Source: Octopus bimaculoides (Eukaryota). From it: DNA of 35,744 nt. The DNA lies in NCBI RefSeq assembly GCF_001194135.2, contig NC_068981.1, forward strand, positions 63,082,623-63,118,366, written 5' to 3'. Both the position numbers and the translations under genes were made by a program. Positions 33,200 to 35,744 of the stretch are shown in pieces. The notes under the pieces were generated by a model, which saw nothing but the letters and a program-made list of their open reading frames with translations, had not been told where the DNA came from and did not search any database. Position 1 is the first letter of the stretch. Each line of letters opens with the position of its first letter.

Positions 33200-34480
33200 C
33201 GCATAAAGTAAGCACATGCAGACCAGACACTAAATCATAAATTTCACAGCCATGAACTTTTAACAAGTTCAATGTTATGGGAATGGAGGATGACTCAGAA
33301 TAATGACACTCCAAGAGATACAAAAATCTCATTGCCAAGAAGCATATCAAACATTTATTCCCATCATCAGCTGCCCCATGGATATCACTATGGTGTCGAC
33401 ACATGGGCAGTATGATTCGATTTGGTAAGGTTGACAGCATTGAAAACATAAAAGTTGCCTGGGAATCAATAGTTGAGTTGCCAGAGAGAAACATAGGTAT
33501 AATATGTCCATTACATCTACACTTGTTTATTACTACAAATACAAACATCAGATTCAAACAAAATCATAGTAAACCTATAACTACAAAACATCATCATCAT
33601 TTAACGTCCGCTTTCCATGCTAGTATGGGTTGGACGATTTGACTGAGGGCTGGCGAACCAGATGGCTACACCAGACTCCAATNNNNNNNNNNTGGCGAAC
33701 CAGATGGCTACACCAGACTCCAATCTGATCTGGCAGAGTTTCTACAGCTGGATGCCCTTCTTAACACCAACCACTCCGAGAGTGTAATGGGTGGTTTTTA
33801 CGTGCCACCGGCACGAGGGCCAGTCCGGCGGTACTGGCAACGGCCATGCTCAAATGGTGTATTTTTACGTGCCACCTGCGCAGCAGTCAGTCCAATGTTT
33901 TGTTCACATTCCACAAAACAAAGAAAGTCTACAAAAAAGAATATTACTACCTCAAAAATTATAGAACAAAATAGAACTAGCCAAGTAATTGTATTGAGCA
34001 AAATTTACTGAACCATCAATATATAACATGGAAAATGATAATAACTTCAGGAATAACCAATCTAGAACTCCAAATGCATTCAAGACATGAATAAACTAGG
34101 GAAACAATATAACTTTTAACCATCAGGCTTCAAACATCCCCACATCACGCAACCTAAGAAATAAACTAGTATAGATTGATATCTATTAAATATAAATCGA
34201 ATTATGGAAAATGAATAAATGTATTCATATAAAATATAATATAGATATGAAGAAAACTTCCAAATCATGACAAATTATTAACATAAATAAAATGATGTAA
34301 CTGCAAACCAACTGTATAATAACTTATTTAACAAAACGGCATTAAATGCCAACAACTTGGGAATTATTGAGAATGAGCTTGTAACTTTTGAATAAACATA
34401 ATTGTACAGTCCTGGGTTAAATCTTACTTGTTTCCAAGTAAGGTAATATTTCTCTAAGGCCAGGCATGTTCTCACAGAAT
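33200..34480 (+). mobile_element. Heavily decayed Penelope-like RT / GIY-YIG remnant, interrupted by an RTE tip
   Basis: Weak remnants only: ELLTSSMLW, gtc..atgggcagt-atgat (VTMGSYD-like), NIGI, FKHPH. Confidence 0.35.
33588..33885 (-). mobile_element. RTE LINE 3' UTR fragment
   Basis: catcatcatcatttaacgtccgctttccatgc start; contains a 10-N gap. Confidence 0.88.
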
Positions 34481-34661
34481 ATTGGAAATGTATGACACTT
34501 GTATAACAGTAACACTCGTTTACAACCACCATACAATATCAAGACAAAGATATCATCATCATCATCATCACCATCATTTAACGTCTGTTGTCCATGCTGG
34601 CATCCCCAAATATAACAATATGTGTGTATATGCATGTATTTATATATATGTATAGGCACAG

Positions 34662-34841
34662 ATGTGACTGTGTAGTTAGAAGTTTGCTTCCCAGCCACCA
34701 CATAGTTCTGGGTTCAGTTCCACAGCATGGCACCTTAGGCAAGTGTCTTCTATTATAACCTCAGGTTGACCAAAGCTTTGTGAGTGGATTTGGTAGACAG
34801 AAACTGAAAGAAGCCTGTCGTATGTATTTATATATATATAC

Positions 34842-34892
<51 letters not shown>

Positions 34893-35100
34893 TGTGTCTG
34901 TTTGTCCTTTCACCATCGCTTGACAACCGATCTTGGTTTGTTTATGTCTCCGTAACCTAGCAGTTCAGCAAAAGAGACCGATAGAATAAGTACCAAAAAA
35001 TAAGCCTAGGGGTCTCACAAAACATATGTCCAGGGGTTGATTTCTTCGACTAAAAGGTGGTGTTCCAGTATGGCCACAGTCAAAATGACTGAAACAAGTA
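34662..35100 (+). mobile_element. SINE family A
   Basis: Head, core, (TA)n centre and tail gactgaaacaagtaa. Confidence 0.88.
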
Positions 35101-35138
35101 ATTTGTTTCTTGTGCTTTGCTTCATTTCTGCTTTGAAG

Positions 35139-35563
35139 ATTCAAAATATCTCCATTTCACAACTTCGTTCATACAACATCTCGTGACATTAGATTTTCAG
35201 GAATCTTGTGATGATGCAAAAGGACAACAAGCGCAACCAAAAGCATTACCACGACTAAAAATATCACCAGGACCAAAATCACCAGGACCAAGATCACCAG
35301 GACCAAACTCACCAGGACCAAGATCACCAGTACCAAATTCACCAATACCAAAATCACCATTACCATCACGAGAAGTACAATCACCATTACCATCACTAGA
35401 AGTACAATCACTATTACCATCACTAGAAGTACAATCACCATTACGTCCATCAGTACCACTACCACCACCATTGCCTCCAAAACACAGTGCTCCAAAGACA
35501 ACGGGGCTTCATTCTATGAAAGAGCTGAAGCATTTCCCAGTACCAAATATCAACAAGAATTTG
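35139..35563 (+). CDS. PH-domain protein, coding exon J: Ser-Pro tandem repeats and proline-rich region; gene continues beyond the window
   Basis: The first AG after a long pyrimidine tract (35137-35138) is phase-1 compatible; the AG at 35191-35192 is also compatible. Donor ttg|gtaagt. Open frame matches track ORF 35117..35608. Acceptor choice is uncertain. Confidence 0.75.
35264..35434 (+). repeat. Coding minisatellite: 15-nt units changing to 27-nt units
   Basis: Six tcacca(g/a)(g/t)acca.. units (35264-35353), then three 27-nt units (35354-35434) that each begin with a 15-nt-type unit. Confidence 0.95.
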
Positions 35564-35744
35564 GTAAGTCACTTTTTATTACAGTTAGTTAAATGGTTGG
35601 TTAGTTGAAGAAATTCAGCAGCAAGACATATGACAAAATTTCTAGGTAATAAGTGAAATATTGATATTCATGCACATACATACCCACGTATATTCGTGTA
35701 TAAGTATGTATATGTTTATGTGTGTGTTGGGTGGGGTGGGGTGG

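Noticed and set aside
33651-33724. 32-nt direct duplication on both sides of a 10-N gap
   Set aside because: Typical contig-overlap scaffolding artefact.
35169-35501. Hydrophobic minus-strand ORF (V/L/M/I-rich), likewise 31628..31906
   Set aside because: Antisense reading of ACC/ATC-type repeats.

Overview
AT-rich, microsatellite- and transposon-dense animal genomic DNA with five N gaps. The SINE, RTE and MITE families resemble those I know from Octopus (coleoid cephalopod); that assignment is an inference. Almost all ORF-track entries are repeat artefacts. One real + strand gene spans the window. Ten phase-consistent GT-AG coding exons (7806 to 35563) splice into an open frame: an N-terminal PH-like beta-rich region, a recognisable PH domain (ILKEGVIEKR..W..RRVVIKEGEFSY..ERDSWMEDL), then a Ser-Pro/Pro-rich tandem-repeat segment. 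The gene continues past the window end and has a CpG-rich promoter-like region near 1130-1340. Introns contain four tRNA-derived SINE families, RTE, CR1-like and Penelope-like LINE remnants, a decayed full-length mariner, Tigger, Tc2, hAT and piggyBac-like MITEs, a probable solo LTR and a Helitron 3' end. The best unexplained feature is a type I hammerhead ribozyme fold (10722-10780), sense to the host intron, inside a highly structured element of about 230 nt. Other oddities include a SINE flanked by a perfect 21-bp inverted repeat, a roughly 75-bp-arm fold-back, and inverted repeat pairs that could be ADAR or back-splicing substrates. Repeat boundaries were read by eye and are approximate unless termini are quoted.
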